Origin: Felis catus
Taxonomy: Eukaryota
Reading direction: 5' to 3'
DNA length: 64,000 nucleotides
Assembly: GCF_018350175.1 (NCBI RefSeq)
Contig: NC_058373.1
Location: forward strand, 111,478,001-111,542,000
Positions 13,707-25,455 of this stretch are shown here, piece by piece (the first letter of the stretch is position 1; each line of letters begins with the position of its first letter). The position numbers and the translations under genes are program-made. The notes beneath the pieces are model-generated. The model was not told the origin of the DNA, made no database searches, and worked only from the letters and a program-made list of their open reading frames with translations.

Positions 13707-15809
13707 TTTGAAGGGAGAAAAGGAATTAATGAAGTAGAAAAAATTAAAATTAAAAAAAATCAAAATAAAAAAATTAAAAACACACACACACAAAAGCGAA
13801 TAAATGATGCTAGATCCTAGGTGTGTTTTGGTTTGGGTGTTGAAAGTGGCTTGATAGATTAGAGAAAAAAGGGCGGGGGAAGAAAAAAAAACAAATCGTT
13901 TGAAAATTTGAAAAAATGAATGCACTGAAGTAGACTAAAATGAAATGATGGAAGTAAAGTAAAATTTGAAAAAATTTACACATAAGAATATAGTAGAAAA
14001 AAAGTTAAAAAATATTTTTAATGAAAATAAAAATGAATTTTTTCTCTCTGTATTCAAGAAAAAGAAAATAAATGAGAAAAAGAAAAAGAAAATTGAATAG
14101 ATGGACCTGCTAACAGACTAAAATACCACTGAAATTACTTCATTTTCCCCTAGAAGTCAGACTGTGAAGCACTTTATAGTCCATAAAGTAAGCAGGTGGT
14201 GAGACTTCTGTTCTTGAAGAGCAAAGTTGGCCCAGTAGGACGGGGCTTAGTGTAACAGCTCCGTTCTCCACTAGATGGCGCTTCTAGCTTACTGGGGTGG
14301 ATTGTTGTGGCACTTGTAGGTGCATATGCATGGGAGTGGTGAAAATGGAGTCACCCAGCAACCCGGTCTCTAGTATCGGAACTCTCTTCTCCCCAGTGAG
14401 CAATTGTGCCCTTGTTCTTTGTCTTCAGCTCTTGTCCACTCCCTGCTTTTACACTGTCTGTGACCAAACCCCAGGTAGTACCTCTCTCCTGAGTTTTGTC
14501 TCAGATGCGGCTGTTTTCCCTGCCCCCTTACTTCTGAGGGACTGAGTCTTTGACCTGTTCCGCCCCTCTGCAGAAGGTCTCACCGAGCAATGGCTGAATG
14601 CTGGCCGCCCCCAGGAAAGTTCGCGGGGCCGTGCTGGTGCTGATGCCTAGAGATTGCGGCCAGGTGCCAGCCTGCTCCAGAAAAAGTTCGCGAGATAGTG
14701 TAGCAGCAGCGTTTCAGGGATTATGGAAAATCACAACACACATCTGGCACTAGGCTTCACCCTTAACAACCTTGTTTCAGCCCCAGCAAATGTGGCCGTT
14801 CGTTCTCTGGGATCTGCTGGGACCAGGTGGCCTCACAGTCTCTACCAAATGTCCTTCCAGCAGTGGAATTGCTTTTCCCCGTGTGGCCCGAGAACCTCCC
14901 GGACCCCACTCTGCTCTTGGGGATTTGCCCTTCCCACCAGAGCACTGCCAGGTATTGAGCTGCGGAGTTGCAGCCTTTGTGCTTTCCCTGTTTATAGTCT
15001 TAATGGAATTTAAACCCTCTCCTTTTTTAGTTTATTCCCTGTGGCTGTTTCCAATTTTTTACTTTCTTTCCAGCTGCTTTTGGGGAGGGCTGCCTTTCCC
15101 ATATTTCCCCCCCCCCCCCATTTCCATCCTCTGTCTGCTCACAAAAGCGGCTCCCTGCCCTCTGTGGCTTCTCTCCCCCAGTTCACCTCTCCGTGCCGTG
15201 TATCTGCTGAATTCTGTGGTTCAGGTTGTGCCGATTGTTGTGTTAATCCTCAGATCAGTTTTCTAGGTGTGCAAGATGGTTTAGTGTTGGTCTGGCTGTT
15301 TTTCATGGATGCTAGACACACAAGAAATTTCCATGCTGTTCTGCCATCTTGGCTCCCTCTCCTATATCTAATATTTCTAATTTGATGTGCTTTAGTGTAT
15401 CTTTAATGCTGATGAGCGTGAACATCTATCTATATTTTAATTATTTGCATCAATAGCATAATAGAGTCTTAGGCACAAGGGCTCACCTACTTGGTTTCAA
15501 ATCCTGTATCCTCTAGTTATTAATTTTGTGACTTTAAATATGTTTTCATATCTGATAGTGTTGTGGAAAGGGAATTAAATTTAGAGACAGAAGACCTGTA
15601 GTCTGACCTTAGCATATATTAGCTTTGTAAATGCTTTAAGCAAATTATTTAATACCTTTGAGCTACAGTTTGTCATCTGTAATAGGGTAGGAATCATAAT
15701 TGATAGTTTTGGGGGGGATAAATCATAAATTGAAAGTATAAATTATATAACATCATACATATATAGAACAATAAAATACTTTATCTTTTTAAAAAAGTAC
15801 AGCGATAAT

Positions 15810-17510
15810 GTTAGGAGTTTTTTTTCCTTGGACTTAATTATCTTATAACTAGAAGTTTGTATTTTATGACCACCTTCACTTAGTGTGCTCACCTCACAAG
15901 TCCTGCCTCTAGTAACCACCTTCTCTTCTCTGTATCTATGAGTTTGAATTTTTTAAGATTCTCATGAAAGTGAGATCATACACTCTGTGTCTGTCTCTGT
16001 GTGCCTAATTTCAGTTAGCATAATGCTTCCCAGGTCTATCCATGTTGTCAGAAACGCTATAATTAATATACATTAGTATTTTAAATATATGTATATATTT
16101 AAAATTTTCCAAATAAGTGGACTCGTGCAGTTCAAACCCATGTTGTTCAAGGATCAACTGTATACCACATTTTCTTTTTCCATTCGTCTGTCGATGGCAC
16201 TTAGGTTCTCTCTTTTGGCTATGGTAAATAATACTGCAGTGAAAGTGGGGATGCAGATATATTTTTGAGATACTGATTTTGCTTCCTTTGGATAAATACT
16301 CAGAAGTAGAGTTGCTAATTGTATGGTAGTTCTATTTTTAATTTTTTGTGGATCCTCCATACTGTTTTCCATGGTGGCTGCACTGACTTATATTCCTATC
16401 AACAATGCACTTGGTTCCCTTTTCTCTACATCTTCATCAGCACTTGTTATCTCTGTCTTTTTGATAATAGCCATTCTAACAGGTGTGAGATACCTGTTAC
16501 CACAATACCGCATTGTGGTTTTTATTTGCATTTTGCTGATGATTTGTGATGTAGAACACCTTTTTTTTTTTTTTTTAATTTAAAATTCAGTTAACATACA
16601 GTGCAATATTGGTTTCAGGAGTAGAATTCAGTGACTCATCACTTACATACCACACTCAGTGCTCATCACAACAAGTGTCCTCCTTAGTACTCATCACCCA
16701 TCTAGCCCATCTCCCACCTCCCTCCCTCCATCAACCCTCCATTTGTTCTCTATTGTTGAGTCTCTTGTGGTTTGTTTCCCTCTTTTCTCTTTTCCCCCTT
16801 CCCATATATATATATTCATCTGTTTTGTTTCTTGAATTCCACATATGAATGCAATCATGTGGTATTTGTCTCTCTGATTGACTTATTTCATGTAGCATAT
16901 TATATTCTAGCTCAATCCATGTTGCAAATGGCAAGATTTCATTCTTTTGGATGGCCATGTAATATTCCATTATATTATATATACCATATCTTCTTTATCC
17001 ATTCATCAGTCAATGCACATTTGGGCTCTTTCCATAGTTTGGCTATTGCTATAAACATTGGGGTGCATGTACCCCTTCAAATCTATATTTTTGTGTCCTT
17101 TGGGTAAATACCTAATAGTACAATTGCTGAATTGTAGTGTTGTGTTATTTTTAGCTTTTTGAGGAACCTCTGTGCTGTTTTCCAGAGTGGCTGCACCAGG
17201 TGGCATTCCTACCAAAAGGGAGCAACTTTTCTAGTGCCTGTTGGCCATTTATATGTCATTTTTGGGAAAATATGTTCAGATCCTTATATATTTTGGATAT
17301 TAATCCCTTATCAGGTATATGTCTAACAAACATTATATCCCATTCCTTAGGTTGTCTTTTCATTTTGTTGATGGTTTCCTTTGCTGCATAGAAACTTTTT
17401 AGTTTGATGTAGTCCCATTTGTTTATTTTTGCTTTTGTTGCCTTTATTTTTGGTGTCAAATCCAAAAAAATAATTTCCAAGACTAATGTAAAGGAAGTTA
17501 TACATCTTGT
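15810..17510 (-). mobile_element. Older L1 (L1MA-like) 3' region with a nested younger carnivore L1 3' end (~16561-17215) and a Tigger end
   Basis: L1 3'UTR and ORF2 C-terminal motifs ([31 protein letters not shown]); T-tail at 16561-16577. Confidence 0.85.
16105..16160 (-). mobile_element. Tigger2-type (TcMar) DNA transposon terminal fragment
   Basis: Reverse complement reads CAGTTGATCCTTGAACAACATGGGTTTGAACTGCACGAGTCCACTTA, adjacent to a TA dinucleotide. Confidence 0.8.
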
Positions 17511-17685
17511 GGTTGAGAATCTATGGAAATAAAGACAGGCCAACTCATTGCTTTTGGTTTACTAATAAATAATTAGAGCTTTTATTTATTAAACCCATTC
17601 TACATGCTAGGCACCATGACTAGCACTTTATACAAATATCTCAGTTCAAGACTACTATAAATATTCATTTAAACTAGCAAGTTAA

Positions 17686-17895
17686 GGGGCACCTGGGTGG
17701 CTCAGTCAGTTAAGTGTCTGACTTTGGCTCAGGTCACGACCTCATAGTTTGTGAGTTCAAACCCCACGTTGGGCTCTGTGCTGACAGCTCAAGAGCCTGG
17801 AGCCTCCTTCTGAGTCTGTGTCTCCCTCTCTCTCTGCCCCTCTTCTGCTCACACTCTGTCTCTCTTTCTCAAAAATAAATAAACATGAAGAAAAA
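17686..17895 (+). mobile_element. CanSINE
   Basis: Full head-to-tail structure; TSD core TAAACTAGCAA. Confidence 0.93.
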
Positions 17896-18914
17896 TAAAC
17901 TAGCAAAATAAATAAACCAGAGTTAATAGTCTGACTCAATCAAAATATTATAATAATAGCTATAATAATTATAGCTAATATGTTCTACCCTAATTGGTTT
18001 AAAATGAATGTTCTTAACTAATTTACAAAGAGATTAAATAATTTGGTCACAGTCACAGCTAAAAAGTAGATGAAGTGGGTAAACACTCTTCCAGTTGACT
18101 GTAAAACTTACTCTCTATGAAACCTCTAATGATTATATTGCTAAACGTTACTAAGTATATCTCTTTGTATAGATGTTTTAGTAGTCGCTTTAAGTATAAC
18201 CTTAAAGGTACATAATTTATCACCCTCTACTGACATTGATGTTTTACCAGTTTGAGGGAAATGTAGAAACTTTACCTCTCTGTAGTCCCATTACTGTCTG
18301 TAATTTATAATATAATAGTCTTAAATATTCCCTCTGCATATATTTAAAACCATGAAATACATTATCAAAATATAATGTAGAAAACTCAAGAAAAGAAGGA
18401 AAATTCTATGGTGTGTTTACTCATTACTCATGTTTTTGCTTTTTCTGTTGTTCTTTTTCTTTCTAAGATATATGAGGCAAAAAGAAAACTCCAAGAACTC
18501 ACTGTTATGTTATTCCTTTAGTTCCTAGATTACTAGCAGCTCTGCTTTTTCTTTTTATCTTTCACAGTCTTCTTATATTCGTTTTATACAGAGTGTCCAG
18601 CGCTTTTAGCTATTCTTAGTGGGAGGCACAGACATCTTTACCATCTTGGAATAGAACCAAAAGTCACTTCATTAAATGTAAAAAAAAAATTAAGCATTAA
18701 TATTTTTATCTTGTTTTCCAGATAGTATGCTATTTTGGAGGAAAAGTTTGAGGCTTTTCACTCTCTGGATTGAATTATACTTATTAACATATCCTAGTTA
18801 TATAATTTCTTGTTCTTGAGTTAAAAAGTATGTGTAGAAGGAGATTTTCCTAGCTTCTCTTGTAATTCTTAAAGTCAGCAGGCTATTCTTAATAACATTA
18901 ACAAAAAAAATAGC

Positions 18915-19310
18915 TATCACTGGCTTTAGTTCTGCCACTTACTGGCTTTACAACCTTGGAAAAGTTATGTAATCTCAGTGTGCCTTAATTTCCGCCACTG
19001 TAAAATGGGCACTTACATCAAGCAGTTGTTGAGAATATTAAATAGTATTATAATTACGAAGTATTGAGAAAAATACCTCGCATTCAGGAAACACCATATA
19101 AATGTAGCTATTATCATCCTTATACTTAGAATAATAGGCCCATATAAGAGGAATTATTACAGTCATTTTAAGGATAAAAAATTCACACTTAGAGAAGGTG
19201 AAATGCTCTCCCTAATTCTTGGCTGGCCCAATTCTGTATTGGTGTTGCCAGGATTTAGACCCAGTGTTGTCTGACCTTAGAGCTTACAGTTTCCAAGGCA
19301 TTGTGCTATC
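18915..19310. mobile_element. Two MIR fragments in opposite orientations
   Basis: accttggaaaagttatgtaatctcagtgtgccttaatttcc...tgtaaaatggg. Confidence 0.6.
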
Positions 19311-19854
19311 TCCCTATCAACATTAAATCCTTCTGCATCCTGCAGTTACACCTAATATTGTATTGTTTGTATTTGTCTTCATATTTAACATTTTAAACTG
19401 AGCCATAATATCTCACCAATGGTTGTCTCATAATTTATTTAAACCTCTCTTTCTCCTTCTTAGAATATATAGATTGTCTCTCTGTCGCCCATCTGGCTCA
19501 CATATTAGTGAATGATTAGCCAATAATATTGTTATAATATTCATCAGACATACAGTAGTAAAGATTAGCCCTTGAAGGGCTCATGCCTCTTACATGAAGA
19601 TTAAATTGTGCTTTTTTTTTAAAGAAATATATCCCACTAAAATTTTCTGTAGCATAAAATGTTTATTACCCTTTTGAATCTACCCTATTCTTTAGAAATA
19701 GTTTTGAATCTGTTTGAATCTGAATTTTTTAATCTCTGTTCTTTAGAAAGAATTGTCTAGAAAGATTGTGAATCTTTATTCATTATTTGTATATGATATG
19801 ACTTGGAATTTTTCAATACATCTGTGTTCCCTTATTAGCTATTAAGTGCAATGG

Positions 19855-20037
19855 CTTTTTTAAATTAAGTTTTCAATTTTAATTCCAGTATGGTTAAAAC
19901 ACAATGTTATATTAGTTTCAGGTGTACAATATAGCGATTCAATGATTCTGCACATCATTACTCAGTGCTCATCATGATAAGTGTACTCTTAATCCCCTTC
20001 ACTTATTTTACCCATCCTCCTACTCACCTCCCCTCTG
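19855..20037 (-). mobile_element. Short carnivore L1 3' terminal fragment
   Basis: gttatattagtttcaggtgtacaatatag...ctcagtgctcatcatgataagtgtactcttaatcccc motif. Confidence 0.75.
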
Positions 20038-20518
20038 ATATGTGTTATTTTGAATGAGTACCCTCAGTTAAAGTTATTACTTTTTTTTTCAAAAAGAAAT
20101 TTTTTTACTTGAAGTGTATTTCAGAGTACATGGTTCTAAAAGATATATATAAAACATTCCATCCAAGAAAAGTGGAATACATATTTTCTTCAAGTACATA
20201 CTGAAGATATCTCCTGGTTAAATCACATAAAAAGAGACATAAGAAATACAAATTTAAGAAGACTTAAACCATACCAAGTATATTTTCCAACAAGATCAAC
20301 AGTAAAAGAAAACTGAAAAATCTACAATGTGTAAATATTAAATATTTAATTTGTAACTATTAACCAATATATTACTGCACAAACCAAACAACAAATCAAA
20401 ATATGTCTTGAAACAACAGAAAAAGTAAACACAATATTCCAAAACCAATGGGATGCAGCAAAAGCAGATGTTAGAGTGAAATTTATGCTGTAAATACTTG
20501 TATTAAGGAAAAAATTCA

Positions 20519-20970
20519 GGGGCACCTGGGTTGCCTCAGTCAGTTGAACAACTGACTCTTGATTTCAGCTCAGGTCGTGATCTCACTCAGTTCATGAGTT
20601 CAAGCCCCTCATTGAACTCTGTACTGACAGCATGGAGCCAGTTGAACAACTGACTCTTGATTTCAGCTCAGGTCGTGATCTCACTCAGTTCATGAGTTCA
20701 AGCCCCTCATTGAACTCTGTACTGACAGCATGGAGCCTACCTTGAGATTCTCGCTCTCTCCCTCTCTTCCTCTATCTCTCCCCCTCTCCTGCGTGTACAC
20801 ACTTTCTTTGTCTCTCATTGAACTCTGTGCTGATAGCGTGGAGCCTGCCTTGAGATTCTTGCTGTCTCCCTCTCTTCCTCTATCTCTCCCCCTCTCCTGC
20901 GTGCGTGCACTTTCTTTCTCTCTCTCTCTCTCTCTCAAAATAAATAAACATTTTTTAAAAAAGAAAAAAA
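20519..20970 (+). mobile_element. CanSINE expanded by two internal tandem duplications
   Basis: 98-bp and 108-bp internal repeats; degenerate TSD AAGGAAAAAATTCA / AAGAAAAAAGTTCA. Confidence 0.93.
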
Positions 20971-21178
20971 AGAAAAAAGTTCAAATAACATTATATCACA
21001 AGGAACTAAGAAAAATAAGAAACTTAGCTAAAATTTGGTAGGGGAAGGAAGTAACAAAGAAAAATCAGAAATAAATAAAATATAGACCAGAATAAAAAAT
21101 AACATAGCATTGAAAGTAATGACCATTTATTGCAAAAATAAAATTGGCAATGCTTTAACTATATTAACTAAGAAATTC

Positions 21179-22850
21179 CTTTGGCTATTCGGGGCCTTTT
21201 GTGGTTCCATATGAATTTTAGGATTGCTTGTTCTAGTTTTGAGAAGAATGCTGGTGCAATTTTGATTGGGATTGCATTGAATGTGTAGATAGCTTTGGGT
21301 AGTATTGACATTTTGACAATATTTATTTTTCCAATCCATGAGCAGGGAATGTCTTTCCATTTCTTTAAATCTTCTTCAATTTCCTTCATAAGCTTTCTAT
21401 AGTTTTCAGCATACAGATCCTTTACATCTTTGGTTAGATTTATTCCTAGGTATTTTATGCTTTTTGGTGCAATTGTGAATGGGATCAGTTTCTTTATTTG
21501 TCTTTCTGTTGCTTCATTGTTAGTGTATAAGAATGGATAAAGGACCTAATGTGAGACAGGAAACCATCAAAACCTTAGAGGAGAAAGCAGGAAAAGACCT
21601 CTCTGACCTCAGCCGTAGCAATCTCTTACTCGACACATCCCCAAAGGCAGGGGAATTAAAAGCAAAAGTGAATTACTGGGACCTTATGAAGATAAAAAGC
21701 TTCTGCACAGCAAAGGAAACAACCAACAAAACTAAAAGACAACCAACGGAATGGGAAAAGATATTCGCAAATGACATATCGGACAAAGGGCTAGTATCCA
21801 AAATCTATAAAGAGCTCACCAAACTCCACACCCGAAAAACAAATAACCCAGTGAAGAAATGGGCAGAAAACATGAATAGACACTTCTCTAAAGAAGACAT
21901 CCGGATGGCCAACAGGCACATGAAAAGATGTTCAACGTCTCTCCTTATCAGGGAAATACAGATCAAAACCACACTCAGGTATCACCTCACGCCAGTCAGA
22001 GTGGCCAAAATGAACAAATCAGGAGACTATAGATGCTGGAGAGGATGTGGAGAAATGGGAACCCTCTTGCACTGTTGGTGGGAATGCAAATTGGTGCAGC
22101 CGCTCTGGAAAGCAGTGTGGAGGTTCCTCAGAAAATTAAAAATAGACCTACCCTATGACCCAGCAATAGCACTGCTAGGAATTTATCCAAGGGATACAGG
22201 AGTACTGGTGCATAGGGCCACTTGTACCCCAATGTTCATAGCAGCACTCTCAACAATAGCCAAATTATGGAAAGAGCCTAAATGTCCATCAACTGATGAA
22301 TGGATAAAGAAATTGTGGTTTATGTACACAATGGAATATTACGTGGCAATGAGAAAAAATGAAATATGGCCTTTTGTAGCAACGTGGATGGAACTGGAGA
22401 GTGTGATGCTAAGTGAAATAAGCCATACAGAGAAAGACAGATACCATATGGTTTCACTCTTATGTGGATCCTGAGAAACTTAACAGGAACCCATGGGGGA
22501 GGGGAAGGAAAAAAAAAAAAAAAAGAGGTTAGAGTGGGAGAGAGCCAAAGCATAAGAGACTGTTAAAAACTGAGAACAAACTGAGGGTTGATGGGGGGTG
22601 GGAGGGAGGAGAGGGTGGGTGATGGGTATTGAGGAGGACACCTTTTGGGATGAGCACTGGGTGTTGTATGGAACCAATTTGTCAATAAATTTCATATAAA
22701 AAAAAAACTGAGAACAAACTGAGGGTTGATGGGGGTGGGAGGGAGGGGAGGGTGGGTGATGAGTATTGAGGAGGGCACCTTTTGGGATGAGCACTGGGTG
22801 TTGTATGGAAACCAATTTGACAATAAATTTCATATATTGAAAAAAAAAAA
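21179..22850 (+). mobile_element. Young 5'-truncated, 5'-inverted felid L1: inverted part 21179-21535, sense part 21532-22707, second copy of the 3' terminus 22703-22850
   Basis: The minus-strand ORF2 piece ([10 protein letters not shown]...KRPRIAK) is joined to an uninterrupted ~305-aa ORF2 C-terminus ([18 protein letters not shown]...SLLCGS*), followed by the 3'UTR, AATAAA and poly-A. Confidence 0.95.
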
Positions 22851-22911
22851 GAATATAAAGGAGACTAAAAAGCCAAAATGAGAAATGGAAGATTAAAAAA
22901 TAAAACAGATA

Positions 22912-22970
22912 TTCATGCTCTGTCTCTCTCTGTCTCAAAAATAAACATTAAAAAAAATAAAAAAAAAAAA
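22912..22970 (+). mobile_element. 5'-truncated CanSINE tail
   Basis: ttcatgctctgtctctctctgtctcaaaaataaacattaaaa. Confidence 0.8.
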
Positions 22971-23371
22971 CAAATAACCGCAGAAATACATATTGTGATA
23001 ATAGGTTACTATAAATAATGATATACTAACAAATCAGACAACTTACAAATAAACCCCACATATTTCCTAAAAATGCGCAAGTTACCACAATTGAATCCTG
23101 AATCTTGAATCCAAGAAATAGAAAATCTTCTTAGGCCAATAATAAGAATGAAAGTTGAATTAGGAATCAAAAGTTTCCCAGGACCTAAAAGCCCAAGACC
23201 ACATGGTTTCATTGGTGAATTCTACCAAACATTAAAAAAAACAATTAATGGCCATCTTTCTCAAAATCTTACAAATAATGGAATGGAGGGAATACATTCA
23301 GTATCATTCTTTGAGACCAGGATTACCCTGATAACAAAGCAGGATAAAAATAGTACAAGAACCAAAAAATT

Positions 23372-24480
23372 TAGTTTGTATGATCTAAGTATTGCTACTC
23401 TTTTGACAGCCCTTTGTGTGATACATGTTTCTCCACCCTCTCACTTTCAATCTGCAGGTGTCTTTAGGTCTAAAGTGAGTCTCTTGTAGGCAGCATATAG
23501 ATGGGTCTTATATTTTTGTCCATTATGCCACCTTGTGTCTTTTGATTCGAATGATTAGTCCATTGACATTCAAAGTAATTATTGGTAAATATGTATTTAT
23601 TGTCATTTTGTTACTTGTTTTGTCATTGTTGCTGGAGCTTTTCTCCAATCCTTTCTTTTCTTTGACACTTTTGGTCACTTTTTCCCACTCAGAGAGTCCC
23701 CTTTAATATTTCTTGCAAATTTAGTTGTCATGAACTCCTTTAGTTTTTATTTGTCTGGGAAATTCTTTATCTCTCCTTTTCTGAATGATAGACTTGCTGG
23801 AAAGAGTATTGTTGGCTGCAGATTTTTTCCATTCAGCACTTTGAGTATATCATGCATCCTTCTGGCTAGGTTTCTGTTGAGAAATCTCCAGCTAGCCTAG
23901 TGGGTTTTTCCTTGTAAGTTATGGATTTCTTTGGTCTTGCTGCTTTCAAGATTTTTTCATTATCACTGTATTTTGCAAATTTAATTAACAATATGTCTTT
24001 GGTCTAAGCCTGCTTTTGTTAATTTTTTAAAATATTTGAGAGACAGAAACAGAAACAGAGAGGCAGAGCATGAGTGGAGGAGGGGCAGAGAAATAGAGGG
24101 AGACACAGAATCTGAAGCAGGGTCCAGGCTCTGAGCTGTCAGCACAGAGCCCAATGTAGGGCTTGAACCCATGAGCAATGAGATCATGACCTGAGCCGAA
24201 GTTGGATGCTTAACCCACTGAGCCACCCAGGTGCCCTTGCTTTTGTTGATTTTAATGGGCATTCTCTGTGCCTCCTAGACTTAGGTGTCTGTTTTCCTTC
24301 CCCAGATTAGGGAATTTTTTTCCTGCTATTATTTCTTGAAATAAATTTCTCTCTCTTCTTCTTCTGGGGCTCCTATAACACAGATGTTATTGTGTTTCAT
24401 TTAGTCACTGAGTTCCTAAGTCTTTGTGTTGCATGATTCTTCTTTCTCTCTTTTGTTCAGCGTCATTATTTTCCAGTATT
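23372..24480 (-). mobile_element. Carnivore L1 ORF1 end / ORF2 start fragment with a nested SINE
   Basis: Clear similarity to 12450-13420 of the full-length L1 (e.g. tcactttcaatctgcaggtgtctttaggtct). Confidence 0.85.
24021..24236 (-). mobile_element. CanSINE nested in L1
   Basis: TSD TGCTTTTGTT(A/G)ATTTT. Confidence 0.93.
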
Positions 24481-24954
24481 TTGTTTCTGGACTCTGCAGT
24501 TTATCATGAATTGGCTTGAATGCAAGTCTTTGGTTTGAAATTATTTTGGATATATTTCCTTCTGAGCATCTAGCTTTGACATTTTCTGCATATAAAAATG
24601 AATGAATGAATATGCATATGAAAATGCCTTTGAAACTTAGTTCTAATTCTTTATGTAATTCTTTATCAAAATCTTGATTTTAAAACTTGATTTTAATTTT
24701 GTTTTGCCTAGGATTTTAACTATAGGTATTAAATAAATATATGCACACTTGGGTAATATTCTTGCATTTAGGTTTTCATTCAACACATATTAATAAAGGT
24801 CTTGGCTCTGATTAGGCATGGTGCTCTAAGTCCCTATTCTACTAGTGCATACCTTTTAATATTGGAAGTAAATAAGCCAGTAAGTGTTGTGATAGAGAAT
24901 AATGGAGGATGGTGAGTGTTTTTTTAAAAAGATAAGGTATTGTATTCATGTAGG

Positions 24955-25455
24955 GTGTTGCAGTCATTCTCCTTTCTTGCTTTCAGGGCCCCAGTTTTGT
25001 TTTGAAGCCTATCCTTATGGATAAATCCTGATTAGTCTTAAGCCATAATGGTAATCCCATTCCATTTGTCAGTGATTCATTTTGTGAGGCACAGGTGAGT
25101 CAGTCTTGGATAATCAGATATGCAGATCTTCTGGGGGAGACTTCTGTCAGTAGTTTCCTCTTCCTTAAAATGAGGCAGACTAAAGGAGATTACCAGTTGT
25201 TCTTTGGTAATGTACCATAAATAACTACATGTAGCTGGGTTTGAGGCAGCTAACTTGTTCATGAAGAGTGCTAGCCTAAGGACAGAGGCTGACATGCCCG
25301 AGGGGCTTATTTAGTTTATTTAGTCTCTCCAAAAATTGATTTTTGAGAGACTAAATAAACTTTTTATCTACTGAGAAATTAAAATTTTCTTATCTTTAAA
25401 GCTACTTTGAATTAGATTTTCTCTCCTTTATGGTAATATGTTGTAATTGATACAG
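24955..25455. mobile_element. MLT1-type (ERVL-MaLR) LTR remnant
   Basis: ctgattagtcttaagccataatggtaatcccattcc motif typical of old MLT1 LTRs. Confidence 0.55.

Larger units (their letters stand above)
8592..15362 (-). mobile_element. Full-length (~6.8 kb) carnivore/felid LINE-1, inactivated
   Basis: 5' end GGAGAGGGAGCCAAGATGGC at 15362, GC-rich 5'UTR, A-rich tract at 13.7-14.1 kb, ORF1 and ORF2 fragments in order, G-rich 3'UTR and A-tail at about 8592-8612. Confidence 0.97.
20130..23370 (+). mobile_element. Old L1 ORF2 fragment, interrupted by a SINE (20519), the young L1 (21179-22850) and a SINE tail (22912)
   Basis: Degenerate ORF2 motifs, e.g. KSPRPHGFIGEFYQTLK and FFETRITLITK. Confidence 0.8.

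Noticed and set aside
14723..15385. Antisense ORFs in the L1 5'UTR as an ORF0 equivalent
   Set aside because: No recognisable homology; GC-rich sequence yields such ORFs by chance, and some start with non-ATG codons.
21533..22474. 313-aa ORF, the longest in the window, as a novel gene
   Set aside because: It is the L1 ORF2p C-terminus. Its ATG sits at the inversion junction and is in frame only because of a 1-nt deletion; there is no promoter or RT core.
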